Counted from the stretch's first letter, positions 1-10,580 are shown. The stretch: 64,000 nt of DNA from a virus (IMGVR_UViG_2770939519_000001:13635-77634), one strand, 5' to 3'. The notes: generated by a model not told the origin, from the sequence alone. Made by a program: numbers and translations.

Positions 1-712
1 GGTCGACGATCGCGGCGCAGAGCCGCGGGTCGGTGAAGGTTTTCGTCCATCCGGAGAACGACTCGTTGGACGCGATCGCCACCGAGTTCTTCTCCTCCCG
101 CTCGGTCAACACCTGGAACAGCAGCTCGGCGCCCCGACGGTCCAGCTCCATGTAGCCCAGTTCGTCGATGCAGAGGAGATCGACGCGGCCGTAGCGGGCG
201 ATGGTTTTGGTGAGCACCTTGTCGTCGGCGGCTTCGACCAGCTCGTTCACCAGCTTGGCGGCGAGGGTGTATTTCACCCGGAATCCGGCCATCGCCGCCT
301 CGGTGCCCATTGCGATGAGCAGGTGGCTCTTGCCGGTGCCGGAGTCGCCGATCAGACACAGCGGCATACCTTTGCGGATCCACTCGCATTTGGCGAGGGT
401 GTGGACAGTGGCCGGGTCGACGTTGGGGTTGGCGTCGAAATCGAAGGCGCGCAACGACTTGTCACGTGGAAATCCTGCGGCGCGGATGCGGCGTTCGGAG
501 CGTCGGCGGGCGCGGTCGTCGCATTCGGCCAACAACAGCTCGGCCAGAAACGCCCGGTAGGTCATCTGCTCTTTGGTCGCGGTGTCGGCGATCTCGCCGA
601 ATTGGGTGCGGATCGTCGGCAACCGCAGCATGCGGCAGGCTTGATCAACCGCGGCGTCGGCGGCCTGTTCGGTCATGCCGTGGCGGCGGGGCGTGCTGGT
701 CGTGGAAGTCAT
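1..712 (-). CDS. istB: IS21-family helper ATPase IstB (3' end runs off window)
   Basis: Minus-strand translation from ATG at 712 gives a Walker B region (VDLLCIDELGY) and IASNESFSGWTKTFTDPRLCAAIVD; ATGA overlap with the istA stop. Confidence 0.93.
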   Translation of the reverse strand, partial: MTSTTSTPRRHGMTEQAADAAVDQACRMLRLPTIRTQFGEIADTATKEQMTYRAFLAELLLAECDDRARRRSERRIRAAGFPRDKSLRAFDFDANPNVDPATVHTLAKCEWIRKGMPLCLIGDSGTGKSHLLIAMGTEAAMAGFRVKYTLAAKLVNELVEAADDKVLTKTIARYGRVDLLCIDELGYMELDRRGAELLFQVLTEREEKNSVAIASNESFSGWTKTFTDPRLCAAIVD

Positions 713-2385
713 GAACTGGTGTTTCCTTCCGTGACGGGCGTGTGGCGAAGAAGTTGGTCGTAGACGGCCACCGATGGAAGCGGACGCCGATCGGGTGGCA
801 ACTGGGCCAGGCGACGTTCGGTCAGTGACGGCATCGGATCCGGTTCGTCCAACTCGACTACCGTCTCGGCTGCCGGGGTGACATCAGCGATTTTTCGGGC
901 TTCCAGGGCGACCGCGTCCGAGGTCAGCGCGCCGGCCTTCAATGCCGCGGCAAGTCCGGCGACGACGTGGTCGTGTGGCATGTGCCGATGTAGCAGGAGC
1001 ACCTCGATCAACGCTCGGGTGCCCTCGCGGGTGCCGTGTGCGGCGCGGGCCGCGCCCCACCACGCGTCGTGTACGGGTGTGAATTTGCCCGCCGCGCGGG
1101 CTTGTTCGAGTGCTGTCGCGCCGGGCAGTGCGCCGGGTTTGCGCAGCAGCCCTTCCAGGTAGTGGTCGAGCTCCAGTCGTGACAGCCCACGGCCGAGCAG
1201 ACGTTCGTGGCGGGCGACCTCGGTGCGGCCGTCGTAGACGATCAAGTTGTTGGCGTGCAGTAACACCCGCAGCGGGCGGCCGATAAGTCGGACCGGAACC
1301 GAGTAGCGGTTGGTGCGCACGGTGATCTGCGCGTAACGGTCGACTCGCGGGGTGAACCAGCGGCCGGTCTCGAATTCCTCGACAGGTAGCGGTTTGAGCA
1401 GTGGCTTCTCGACCGCGAAGTGCTCACCGATGGTCCGAGGCCGGGCGCCGATTCGACGGGCATCGTCGGCGACGTCCCAGATGTCGATCATCGAGTTGAG
1501 CTCCTCGATCGATTCGATCTCCGGCACGGGGACAAGATGATTGCGCCGGAACCACCCGATCTGTCCCTCCACTCCGCCTTTCTCGTGTGCCCCGTCGATA
1601 CCGGGCTGGCAGTAGAACGGCTCAAGGTTGTAGTGCGAGCGGAACGCGGTCCAGCGATCGGTTTCCTCACGCATCCGAGCGAAGCCCAGCACACGGGCGA
1701 CCGCGGCGCGCAGATTGTCGTAGCGGACCTTGCCGAAGGGCACCCCACCGAGCACGGTGAACGCGTGCACGTGGCCTTCGAAGAACGCCTCCTGCCCACC
1801 GGAGAGGAAGCAGCGGTGAACGGCCTTGCCGGAGAACGACATCCGGAACGCGAACAGGTATACCTGCACTAGTTCGCCGCGCAGCCGCACCGTCACGTCA
1901 CCGAAGTCGACCTCGGCCTCCTCACCAGGGCGATGGCTCTGCGGGATGAACACCTGCGCCGGACCACGACCGGCCTCGATCCGGATCTTCGGCTTGCGAA
2001 CGGCGACGTAGTCTCGCAGTGTTTGATATGCGACGTCGGTCATGCCGTGTTCGTCGATCAGCCGCTGGTAGATGCGTTTGATCGTGTGCCGTTGTTTGCG
2101 CGGCGCGTCTAAATCTGCTCGCAGGATCTCATCGACTACTGGTTTGAACGGATCCAGCTTCGATCCCCGCCGCGGATACGGTTTGTGCTCGGCGGGCCAT
2201 ACCCCGTCTACCGCGGCCCGCACCGTCCGCCACCCCACCCCGTACTTGGCCTCGAGCTGGCGTCCCGACATTCCCGCACGCGCGTCTCGCCGGATGGCGG
2301 CATACAGCTCGACCTTCGACGCACGAGGTAACGACGACTCTCTTCCAGCGCGGCACCGCGAAGCACGAGAAGCCTTGCACTGCAA
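709..2385 (-). CDS. istA: IS21-family DDE transposase IstA (true start probably somewhat downstream of 2385)
   Basis: 558-aa ORF with N-terminal HTH (SKVELYAAIRRD), EAEVDFG, VRYDN and HEKGGVEG motifs typical of IstA. Confidence 0.95.
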   Translation of the reverse strand: MQCKASRASRCRAGRESSLPRASKVELYAAIRRDARAGMSGRQLEAKYGVGWRTVRAAVDGVWPAEHKPYPRRGSKLDPFKPVVDEILRADLDAPRKQRHTIKRIYQRLIDEHGMTDVAYQTLRDYVAVRKPKIRIEAGRGPAQVFIPQSHRPGEEAEVDFGDVTVRLRGELVQVYLFAFRMSFSGKAVHRCFLSGGQEAFFEGHVHAFTVLGGVPFGKVRYDNLRAAVARVLGFARMREETDRWTAFRSHYNLEPFYCQPGIDGAHEKGGVEGQIGWFRRNHLVPVPEIESIEELNSMIDIWDVADDARRIGARPRTIGEHFAVEKPLLKPLPVEEFETGRWFTPRVDRYAQITVRTNRYSVPVRLIGRPLRVLLHANNLIVYDGRTEVARHERLLGRGLSRLELDHYLEGLLRKPGALPGATALEQARAAGKFTPVHDAWWGAARAAHGTREGTRALIEVLLLHRHMPHDHVVAGLAAALKAGALTSDAVALEARKIADVTPAAETVVELDEPDPMPSLTERRLAQLPPDRRPLPSVAVYDQLLRHTPVTEGNTSS

Positions 2386-2538
2386 GCAAGATCACGCCAT
2401 CACTTTTCACCGATACAACCACCACCCCCTACCAGGGTGCCGTCGCGATCCACCGATCGGCGCCGTCGTAGATCACCGATGTAGCCACCGCACTCACTGG
2501 TGACCGCGGCGAGAACGAAAACCGCCGCCACAGCGACA

Positions 2539-3323
2539 ACTTCCTGTCCGGCTACGACCTCTGGATGCACCAGCGCTACAAAGAGCTCCTCAGCCGCCAC
2601 ATCCCGTCGTTCGTTTACGCCTCCGAGGAAGCCGATCCGGAGGTGATCGGCAACGACCCCGACCCAGACCTGTGTGTCATCGTGGACCCACTCGACACCA
2701 GCGAACTCGCCGTTCGCGGCCTCTACGGCTACACCCACGTGCTGGTCTACTCACGCCGACAAGCCCGACCCACCATCGCCGTGGTCGGCGACATTTTCCA
2801 TCACCTACAGGTCTACGTCGCAGCCCAGGACCGAGACGGCAACGATCGCGCATTCCTACTCACGCGGGATGGCCACGAACACACCCTCGATCGCCCTTCC
2901 CAAGTTCAACTACCCGCAGCGCTCGTGACGAACTACCTCATGCGACCCGAACAACGATTCCAACCCCTTGCCGCTCAGCAGGACTTCCTCGCCGCCCTCA
3001 GCGCTGAATCGCCAGACGGCAAGGCCCGCGGCCGCATCGGCGTTGATTTCGGGTCCATCGGCCTCTGCCACGTCGCGGCTGGCCTGTCCGATGCGATGAT
3101 CGAATTCGCCAAAGGCTTTGCGATCTGGGATCTCTCCCCGGGCCACTACATTCTGCATGCGGCAGGGGGCGTCGTAACCGATCTGCAAGGGGCGTCCATC
3201 GCGCTCGACTACAACCTCGACTCGTTGACCGATATCAAACAAGCCATGGATCAGCGGCGTCGGTTCATCGCAGCTGGAAACGTAAATCTCGCTGGGCAGA
3301 TTCGAAAATCGTTGCGGCAGTGA
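2539..3323 (+). pseudogene. Inositol monophosphatase-family protein, 5'-truncated by IS21
   Basis: IVDPLDTS and WDLSPGHYILHAAGGVVTD motifs; the frame is open back to the IS end (FLSGYDLWMHQRY) with no RBS before the first ATG. Confidence 0.75.
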
Positions 3324-3502
3324 AGAAGACGCGACTACGAACGCCCCTGCGCCCTTCGGATTCAGGGCAGCCACCGAACCTGCTTTGTCCGCGACCCCGC
3401 CGCTGCGTCTTCGGTTCCTCCCACCCGCTTAGCTGTCTATACATCCCATAGGCTATGAACTGTGAGGTATTTTCGGAGCAGCCAACCGAAAGGACCACCA
3501 CC

Positions 3503-3946
3503 GTGGCCACAGGAGACACCCTCCTAACCCTCACCGGCAACCTAACCGCCGACCCTGAACTACGCTTCACAGCCCAAGGTCAAGCCGTAGCCAATTTCAC
3601 CGTCGCTTCCACCCCCCGCTCGTTCAACAAGACCACCAGCCAGTGGGAAGACGGCGAAGCCCTGTTCCTGCGCTGCACCGTCTGGCGCGACCAAGCCGAG
3701 AACATCGCCGAATCCCTGACCCGCGGAACCCGAGTCATCGTCACCGGCCGCCTCAAATCCCGCACCTTCGACACCAAGGACGGCGACAAACGCACCGTCC
3801 TCGAACTCGAAGTCGACGAGATCGGCCCCTCACTCCGCAACGCCCAAGCCAAAGTCACCAAGTCCGCGACGAAAAACTCTGGCGCACAACCTCAGTGGGC
3901 AGCAGCCGCACCGGCCCGACAGCCAACCGACGCCCCGCCATTCTAG
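3503..3946 (+). CDS. ssb: Single-stranded DNA-binding protein (phage type)
   Basis: [12 protein letters not shown]...VANFTVAST...FLRCTVW motifs, C-terminal DAPPF; GAAAGGA RBS before GTG. Confidence 0.95.
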   Translation: MATGDTLLTLTGNLTADPELRFTAQGQAVANFTVASTPRSFNKTTSQWEDGEALFLRCTVWRDQAENIAESLTRGTRVIVTGRLKSRTFDTKDGDKRTVLELEVDEIGPSLRNAQAKVTKSATKNSGAQPQWAAAAPARQPTDAPPF

Positions 3947-3958
3947 AAGGCGCACGCC

Positions 3959-4102
3959 ATGCATCTCCTCGACACCGAAATCCTGCACGAGGACATCACC
4001 CAAATCCTCGACCGCGCAATACCGAGCGACGAACCCACCCAATCCGCCATGCACCGCCTACGCACCCTCCTCGACAGCGGCATCCGCCTACGCCCGGAAT
4101 AG
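3959..4102 (+). CDS. Small hypothetical protein (47 aa, MHLLDTEILHEDITQ...)
   Basis: Fills the gap between ssb and whiB in operon style; GAAGG upstream. Confidence 0.55.
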   Translation: MHLLDTEILHEDITQILDRAIPSDEPTQSAMHRLRTLLDSGIRLRPE

Positions 4103-4121
4103 AGAGCGCCCACAACTTCAT

Positions 4122-4406
4122 ATGGCCCCCCACGACCGAGACTGGATGGTCCGCGCGAAATGCCGCGGCACCGACGACTACGCCGCCTACGACGCCGACA
4201 ACCGCGGCGGCGGCCAAGCCGAACAACTCGAACGTGCCTGCGGCGGCTGCACCGTCAAACCCGAATGCGCCGCCTACGCACTCAAACACGAATCCACCAT
4301 CGGCGGCATGATCTGGGCCGGCGTCCCCATCCCCGAATCACCCACCACCATCTACTACCACCGGGCACTGGACCGACTCCGCGTCATCGCCAGAAACGCC
4401 CGATGA
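4122..4406 (+). CDS. WhiB-like Fe-S transcription factor
   Basis: W-x4-AKC...CGGCTVKPEC-AAYAL...GMIWAGV; four Cys plus the G-x-W-(A/G)-G turn. Confidence 0.85.
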   Translation: MAPHDRDWMVRAKCRGTDDYAAYDADNRGGGQAEQLERACGGCTVKPECAAYALKHESTIGGMIWAGVPIPESPTTIYYHRALDRLRVIARNAR

Positions 4407-4816
4407 CCACCCCGCCCGAACTGCTTACCGCCGCAGCAACATTCACCAAACCGCTCTACACCATCACCATCCCCGGCGAACCGGTCCCCAAAAAACGCCC
4501 CCGCTTCGACGGCCGCCGCGCCTTCACCACCCGCGACGACCACAACGCCGAAGCACACACCGGATGGCATCTGGCCCAAGCGATCCCACAACCACTGACA
4601 GGAAACCTCGCCGTCGCCTGCGTGTTCTACCGCAGCACCCGCCGCCCCGTCGACGCCGACAACCTCATCAAACACGTCATGGACGCAGGCAACGGCATCG
4701 CCTGGCGCGACGACTCCCAATGCACCGCCGAATTCGGCGTCATCGAACTCGACCGCACCAACCCCCGCACCACCATCCTCATCGCCCGCCACAACTCCAC
4801 CCTGAAACGCAGATGA
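4403..4816 (+). CDS. rusA: RusA-family Holliday junction resolvase
   Basis: GEPVPKKRPR, DADNLIKHVMDAGNGIAWRDDSQ catalytic motif; ATGA overlap. Confidence 0.9.
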   Translation: MTTPPELLTAAATFTKPLYTITIPGEPVPKKRPRFDGRRAFTTRDDHNAEAHTGWHLAQAIPQPLTGNLAVACVFYRSTRRPVDADNLIKHVMDAGNGIAWRDDSQCTAEFGVIELDRTNPRTTILIARHNSTLKRR

Positions 4817-5088
4817 CCCTCACCCTCACCCGCACCGTCTACCGCCTGTTCGGCGTCCCCATCGCCTCCATCACCCGCCACCGCGCCACCCTCCCCGACC
4901 ACCTCCCCACGCCCACCACCCCCCTGCAAGCCACCGGCGCCATCCCGATCCTCAGCGACCACGGCTACGCCTACTCCTGCCGCCGCTGCGGCGAACTCCT
5001 CCTCGAGGGCCTCACCGAACCCATCGCCGGAGCCGACGCCATCGAACTAGTCCTCCACCACAACTGCCAGGAGAACCCCAGTGGCTGA
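4813..5088 (+). CDS. Hypothetical phage protein (CxxC...HxC, possible Zn ribbon)
   Basis: ATGA overlap with rusA; CRRC and HHNC. Confidence 0.55.
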   Translation: MTLTLTRTVYRLFGVPIASITRHRATLPDHLPTPTTPLQATGAIPILSDHGYAYSCRRCGELLLEGLTEPIAGADAIELVLHHNCQENPSG

Positions 5089-5326
5089 ACAACTCTCACC
5101 CCGAGACGACCTCGACCGCGCCATCCGCCGCTGGCTCGCCAACGAAACCAGCGGCGGCCTGGCCACCGACTACATCCTCTTCTCCGCCTACCTCGACCCC
5201 GCCCGCCACGGCACCGGCTACCACCTCGCGCTCTCCGAGGGCATCAGCTACCACGCCGCCAGCGGGTTGGCGGGCCACCTCCCCGCGGTCGTCGAGGACA
5301 CCTTCACCGGCGACGAGGACGACTGA
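5081..5326 (+). CDS. Hypothetical phage protein
   Basis: AGGAG RBS, overlap with the previous ORF, same codon bias. Confidence 0.6.
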   Translation: MAEQLSPRDDLDRAIRRWLANETSGGLATDYILFSAYLDPARHGTGYHLALSEGISYHAASGLAGHLPAVVEDTFTGDEDD

Positions 5327-5598
5327 GCCGAGCTGCGAAAGCCGCCGTATCAAGCCGAAAACGCTTCGGGCATTTTGGCCGATCGGCAGGAGTCGCACCT
5401 CGCGCAAATGTCCCACACGCTACTGACGAACCCGCGGCTGCGAGCCCGGCAGGCGCGCGCGTATCCATCCCTGGATAGCTGGTGAGCATGAAAAGCCCAG
5501 CCTGTCGCCTCGTAAGTTTCCGACCGCAGTGAAGCAGGGCTCGTAGAGTTCGTAAGTATGGCAGTCTGGCGGTCTATGTCGCCTCCGAGTGCAATAAT

Positions 5599-5614
5599 TC
5601 GAATGCATGTTCGA
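5599..5614. promoter_or_regulatory. LexA (SOS) box
   Basis: TCGAATGCATGTTCGA, one mismatch from the actinobacterial consensus TCGAAC-N4-GTTCGA, 25 bp upstream of the dprA-like GTG. Confidence 0.75.
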
Positions 5615-5639
5615 TGATCCTGAGCTGAGAGGAGGTCAG

Positions 5640-6596
5640 GTGACACACTCCTACGCCGCGCATCAGGGGGAAGGTGGCGAGGTCGAAGGATCGCTCCTCG
5701 GCAACGACAAGGAGCGTGCGGCGCTGGTAGCCATGATGCGGCTCGAGTCGAAGCGGGTGGATTGGTCGAAGCTGACCGAGCGACTCAGCGAACGTGGGAG
5801 CGCGGTGCTGCTGTGGGAAGACGAGCATCCGAAGGATCTGTTCGGCGATGGCGGCGATGCGGCGGTATTGCAGCAGGCCGAACGTGACATCCAGACATGG
5901 AAGCGCGCGCCGTTCCAATTTCACACCTTCACCGACCGGTCCTATCCCTCCCAGCTGCGATCGGTGCGTCAGGTTCCGCCGATGGTATTCACACACGGAA
6001 AACTGAAACCGGGCGAAATCGGAATCTGTGTTGTCGGTTCACGCAACGCAACCGACGCCGGTCTGACCTTCGCGCGCACCATCTGCCGATATTTGGTCGA
6101 CTCCGGCCTGACGGTGATTGCCGGATTGGCAAAAGGAATCGACACCGCTGCCCATCGCGCAGCATTGGATGCCGACGGCCGAACGGTGGCAGTGCTCGGC
6201 AACGGGCTGAATCGCGTGTATCCGCAAGAGAACCGCGACCTGCAAAACGAAATCTCCGAGCGCGGAATGTTGCTCACACACTTCCTGCCCGAATACCCGC
6301 CGTCGCGGTGGTCCTTCCCGGCTCGGAACGTCACCATGAGCGCATACGGGACAGCCACCGTGATCGTCGAAGCCAGCGAGAAAAGCGGCACGAGGATCCA
6401 AGCACGCGAAGCGGTCGCGCATGGCCGCCCAGTCATCATCAACGCCGCCGTGGTCGGTTCGACAACCTGGGGAAGGGCGCTGCAAAACGAACCGGGCGTC
6501 TATGTAGCCGAATCGGCACAACAGGCCTTCGAGCACGTTCAGAAGATTCTGCATCATCGCGAGATGGTCTCCCAGTTGCTGGGCTCCGCACGGTGA
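5640..6596 (+). CDS. DprA/SMF-family protein (ShosA-like antitoxin)
   Basis: VVGSRNAT, IAGLAKGIDTAAH, TVAVLGNG, FPARN, VEASEKSGT; GGAGG RBS before GTG 5640. Confidence 0.9.
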   Translation: MTHSYAAHQGEGGEVEGSLLGNDKERAALVAMMRLESKRVDWSKLTERLSERGSAVLLWEDEHPKDLFGDGGDAAVLQQAERDIQTWKRAPFQFHTFTDRSYPSQLRSVRQVPPMVFTHGKLKPGEIGICVVGSRNATDAGLTFARTICRYLVDSGLTVIAGLAKGIDTAAHRAALDADGRTVAVLGNGLNRVYPQENRDLQNEISERGMLLTHFLPEYPPSRWSFPARNVTMSAYGTATVIVEASEKSGTRIQAREAVAHGRPVIINAAVVGSTTWGRALQNEPGVYVAESAQQAFEHVQKILHHREMVSQLLGSAR

Positions 6597-6661
6597 GCAG
6601 CGGCGTGATCGAGGTCTCGCGCCCGCTTTCTGAGATGGACGCCCGCGAATCCGAGTGATAG

Positions 6662-7504
6662 ATGAATGAGAACCCCCAGATCAGCGAGGCCGCACAACTG
6701 GTCCGACGCCTCGTTCGCGACAGCGTTGGAGCGTTCTTCCGCAACACCTATGCCCCTGGCACTCTCGACATCTGTTCGGTATGCCGAGCGCCGGCCAATG
6801 GAAACCTCTGCGATGACTGCCGCAGCCACCGCGCCGACTACGGAAACCAACTGGCCGACCGCACGATCCTGCTCACCTATGCGCAGGGCAAGCACCCGGG
6901 GGGCCCGCACCAGTCCGCCCATGTCGTCCGGGCGTACAAGGGCTACTTCGGTACTCCCGCTTCCCCGGAGTGTCAGGAATACATGAAACTGATGGTCCGA
7001 GTCGCGGCCGAAATCCATCGGCCATGCTTCGAAGGCTGGCTCGGCATATCCTGGGATTCCCTCACCTTCATTCCGTCACGAGAACGGCCCGACGCCAGCC
7101 ATCCCGTCGCTGCGCTCGCGCGTGCCGTGGAATCTCCCGACGGGCCGACTTCTCCCCTGGACCGGTTCCTTCTCGAGACAGGCCCAGGCGCAGTCATAAG
7201 CGCGAAACATCAACTGGTCGAGGACCGCTTCCTGGTACCGGAAAAATGGCGCTCCGCCGTCGATGGCAAGAACGTACTGATCGTCGATGATACGTGGACC
7301 AGAGGCGCAAGCGCTCAAGGCGCAGCCATCGCCGCCAAGCAAGCAGGTGCCGCCACTGTGACAGTCCTGTGCGTCTCGCGGTGGCTGAACTGGAACTGGG
7401 CACCCAACGAGCGATTGCTCAGTTCCCTGGCCGAGGATTACAACGCACTGCTCTGCCCTGTGACCGGGCAAGTGTGCCAATCCGCCATCAACTACCGAGC
7501 TTGA
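6662..7504 (+). CDS. ComF-like phosphoribosyltransferase (ShosT-like toxin)
   Basis: N-terminal CSVC...CDDC Zn motif; PRPP loop VLIVDDTWTRGAS. Confidence 0.85.
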   Translation: MNENPQISEAAQLVRRLVRDSVGAFFRNTYAPGTLDICSVCRAPANGNLCDDCRSHRADYGNQLADRTILLTYAQGKHPGGPHQSAHVVRAYKGYFGTPASPECQEYMKLMVRVAAEIHRPCFEGWLGISWDSLTFIPSRERPDASHPVAALARAVESPDGPTSPLDRFLLETGPGAVISAKHQLVEDRFLVPEKWRSAVDGKNVLIVDDTWTRGASAQGAAIAAKQAGAATVTVLCVSRWLNWNWAPNERLLSSLAEDYNALLCPVTGQVCQSAINYRA

Positions 7505-7666
7505 ACCCTGTTGTAAGCCACCCGGCTCGGAATGCATACGCGCACAGCCGGATCGGCCCGTATTGGCAGTGGAGCCAGTGGTAGTCCCCGTCCCCTATCG
7601 CCTGATTTGTCTGCTATGCCGAGCTGCTTTAAGCTGCGCGGGCAGACGTGCACTGGAGGGGGAGAT

Positions 7667-8155
7667 ATGTCCGTGTGGCCTCGGATCGTGGTCGCGGTAG
7701 CCGTGGCGATCGCGCTTGCGGGATGCAGCGAAGAGACTCGTCCCTCCGGCCCGTTCGACACCTGCCGCGACCTCAGCACGACCATGCTGACACAAGCGGG
7801 AATCGATCCGGCCAGCAAGCAGGACACCGTAGTGACCGGACCGCTGACGCCGAGCTGCGTATATGGGCTGAAGAACCCCGCCGGATCGGTGCGGTTCGAC
7901 CAGCTTTCAAATCTGACCTATTCGTCGGAGCTGGCGAGAGAGCAGAAGATCGCACAGGGCGTAACGGTCAAGGCGGCGCGTATCAACGACCGCAATGCGT
8001 ACACCAAGTCGGTGGAAGGCTTTCTGTCCAAATGCGATCTGATCATGGAACTGAAGCAGGGCGTAGAGGTGATCTCGGTCTTCGCGGGATCAGATCAGTG
8101 TGGCATCGCCACCCGGATCGGCACCGCGATCGACCCGGTTATCGGCAAGCGTTGA
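7667..8155 (+). CDS. Lipoprotein, DUF3558-like
   Basis: Signal peptide with lipobox ALAGC; DTC...PSCVY...CDL...DQC pattern recalled for DUF3558. Confidence 0.7.
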   Translation: MSVWPRIVVAVAVAIALAGCSEETRPSGPFDTCRDLSTTMLTQAGIDPASKQDTVVTGPLTPSCVYGLKNPAGSVRFDQLSNLTYSSELAREQKIAQGVTVKAARINDRNAYTKSVEGFLSKCDLIMELKQGVEVISVFAGSDQCGIATRIGTAIDPVIGKR

Positions 8156-8372
8156 CAAGCTGACGGGTGCGCCTCCGCCTACTGCGATCGAGCCGGATTC
8201 TATTGCGGTGCAACTGATCTGCCCAGGTCGCCTCATCGACTCAAACATGCCCAGCGAGAGAAGAAGGTGCCAACTGGGCAGAGGCGGTCCACTGTCGAGG
8301 CGCGGGGTACCGGTCATCGGTTCATCCACCGCGCTCGGGCTAAGCTCATTTCTGTTGGGCGGGAGGAGAACT

Positions 8373-9257
8373 GTGACACGAGACTGGGCAACGCTACTCC
8401 AGGTCATGCCAGACTTTCTGGAGCCGGACGTCTCCGCTGGCGGCGACATCATTCCCGCCAATGAACGTTTCCAACTGCGAGATCTCGAGACGGGCTACTT
8501 CGTCGACTTCACCGGGGAGGGAAAAGGTCTGAAGATTACCGTACCCACCCCGCCAGATCCCGATGTCGCCGAGCGCACCCTCAGCATCATCCAGAAGCAG
8601 CCCGCCGGGATGTGGATAAGGGACAGCGTGTAGTGGCCCGACGACGCCGACGAGTTGAACACCGGCTGGCGATATTTCCACGGCGACCCCGCTGTCGCCG
8701 CTTCCGTCGTGACAGTCATGTGTAATGGGCTGGGCATGGACATGCGTCGACTGCGATCCCGCGCTTGGGATGACAAAGGACCTCAGCTCTTTTACACTGA
8801 AAGCGACTGGCCGACAAGTCGCAATGCCGCGGCGCGGTGCACGGACTGGGACGACTTTACCGACAGGCTCGACTGGGTGCTACACACCATGCCGCAGAGC
8901 GCGATCACTCTCACCGCTCCCGATCAGCAGACAATTCAGTTCACACACCAGTACAACGGAACATTCAGTTGCGAAGCCAGCCACGACCCTGGCAATGCCG
9001 AATCCGCCAGGCGCATGGCGGAGTTGGGTTGGACATATGAAACCACCAGCTACCCGAGGTTCGAACTCTGGTCGCCACCAACCGGGCGAGCGGGGCGCAA
9101 ACCAGTACTGAACAACGCCGCATACCGTGCGGTCACTACCTTCCGCGAGGTCTACGGCATCGACAGCCTACGGCGGTTACAGGTCGAGGTCACTTCTCTA
9201 CGATCGCGCCTCGACGAAATGTCTTACGTCGCTATCGAACTGGGACTCAAAGACTGA
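8373..9257 (+). pseudogene. TY-Chap-like (YbjN/T3SS-chaperone-fold) protein with in-frame TAG at 8631-8633
   Basis: ORFs 8100-8633 and 8655-9257 are in the same frame; GGAGG RBS before GTG 8373; CTDWDDFTDRLDWVLHTMP is shared with the 15541-16519 paralog; family name recalled, not searched. Confidence 0.55.
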
Positions 9258-9406
9258 AGGCTCGCCTGACATTCGATGCTCGTCCGTGCGCCGGCCAGCC
9301 GATTCCTGCTTTCAAGGTGGACATCGTCGGCCGTCTGGAAGCACGGCTTCGTAGCCTTGAAACCGAGGATTCGATCACGGCTGGTCGGGGCGCCTCATCT
9401 TCTCTC

Positions 9407-10010
9407 CTACTCGTCCTCGGGTTCATCAAGCCACGCTTGATATTCGGGATTGACGATAGCCAGACTGATGACATTGGGGATCGCAGACAAATTGACGACC
9501 ACGTTCGGCAGGTTCCAACCGATTGTCGCGTCGACCCCCGGTTCATGTCGATTCGGCGCGCCTGGGATTGCTGTCAGAGCTGTGCTGAGAGCGGAGAAGC
9601 TGTCGCTCACTTGCTCACCGGCCGACGGCAGGAGGCGGTAACGATGGCGAGATATGGCTGGGATGCAGGTGGATGTTTCGCCTGAGTGGTAAGAGTAGAA
9701 ATGCGTGAAGCCCCGACTCGGATCGAGTCAGGACTTCGCGAGAGCCCTTCAGCGGGAAGGAGTCTCCCAGGTCATGATGAGCGCAAATATCTGCCGCTGG
9801 CACAAGACCGGCTACCCAGAAATTCTTCAACGCCCGCGCGACCGGGCTTGTCGACTGCGGGCTGGTGATCAACACCGGAGTTCGGCCATCGAGTCGGCCC
9901 AATTGCCAGCCGCGTCGCTCGCTGAGATGGCCAGGCCTGTCTACAGGCCACGGCCAGTCGAATCCGATTGCTGCGCAAAAGATCTGCACGGCCTCGATAT
10001 CCTGTCGCAT
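9407..10010 (-). pseudogene. Fragmented fifth immunity paralog (N-terminal piece 10010 to about 9830; C-terminal piece 9610-9407)
   Basis: MRQDIEAVQIFCAAIGFDWPW...GWQL and GWNLPNVVVNL...NPEYQAWLDE align with the intact paralogs. Confidence 0.65.
9701..9790. repeat. Hairpin-containing direct repeat, copy 1
   Basis: ATGCGTGAAGCCCCGACTCGG identical to 15368-15388; stem GAAGCCCCGACTCG/CGAGTCAGGACTTC. Confidence 0.8.
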
Positions 10011-10031
10011 CGGGTACTGGGGGAGCCGCGG

Positions 10032-10550
10032 TCAGTTCTGGGGCCAGACGCTGTCGAGATCGGGATGAGCTTCGGGCTCGATCCAATCATCGTTTCGTCC
10101 TGCCATGCCTGGTTCGGGGCTGACCAGCGAGACATTGCCCGAGCCATCACTCACCGTAATCTTCAGAACAATACCGGGCACGTCCCAACGCAACATTCGG
10201 TTCGGATCTCGCCACCACCATCCTGTCGGAAGCTGCCCTACCAGCACGAATATCCGCTGCGCCAATGCGTCGAAAGCATTGGACAACAACGGCTTTGTGC
10301 TCGAGTCATTCAAGACCACGTCGGTGAAGTAGAACCAGACCTGATCGACAGGCCGAGGCCCGCAATCGAGGAACCTGTCGAGGAGGCTATAGCTTCGGTG
10401 CGGTTGAGGTCGAAGTCGGTAGTCAGTGCGGGGGTCGTTGGTCGAGATCGGTCACTCGCCAGCCAACTTGCTGCGCGAATCCGAGGAGATCATCGATGGT
10501 CCACGTCCAATCGAACTCCGAGGCGACCCCGTACTGATGTCTGATCGCAT
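10032..10550 (-). pseudogene. DUF6301-like immunity paralog, frameshifted
   Basis: ATG CGA TCA GAC (MRSD) at 10550; EFDWTWTIDDL and LRWDVPGIVL in shifted frames. Confidence 0.75.
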
Positions 10551-10580
10551 TGGAATGTGTTCTGCTCGACCGGGATCGAT

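Larger units (their letters stand above)
1..2538 (-). mobile_element. IS21-family insertion sequence (one end in window)
   Basis: istA-istB pair; TG-starting end at 2538 (or 2532) on the minus strand; short CACCGAT subterminal repeats at about 2408, 2450 and 2476; abuts a 5'-truncated gene. Confidence 0.85.

Noticed and set aside
201-763. Plus-strand ORFs at the window start
   Set aside because: Antisense to istB
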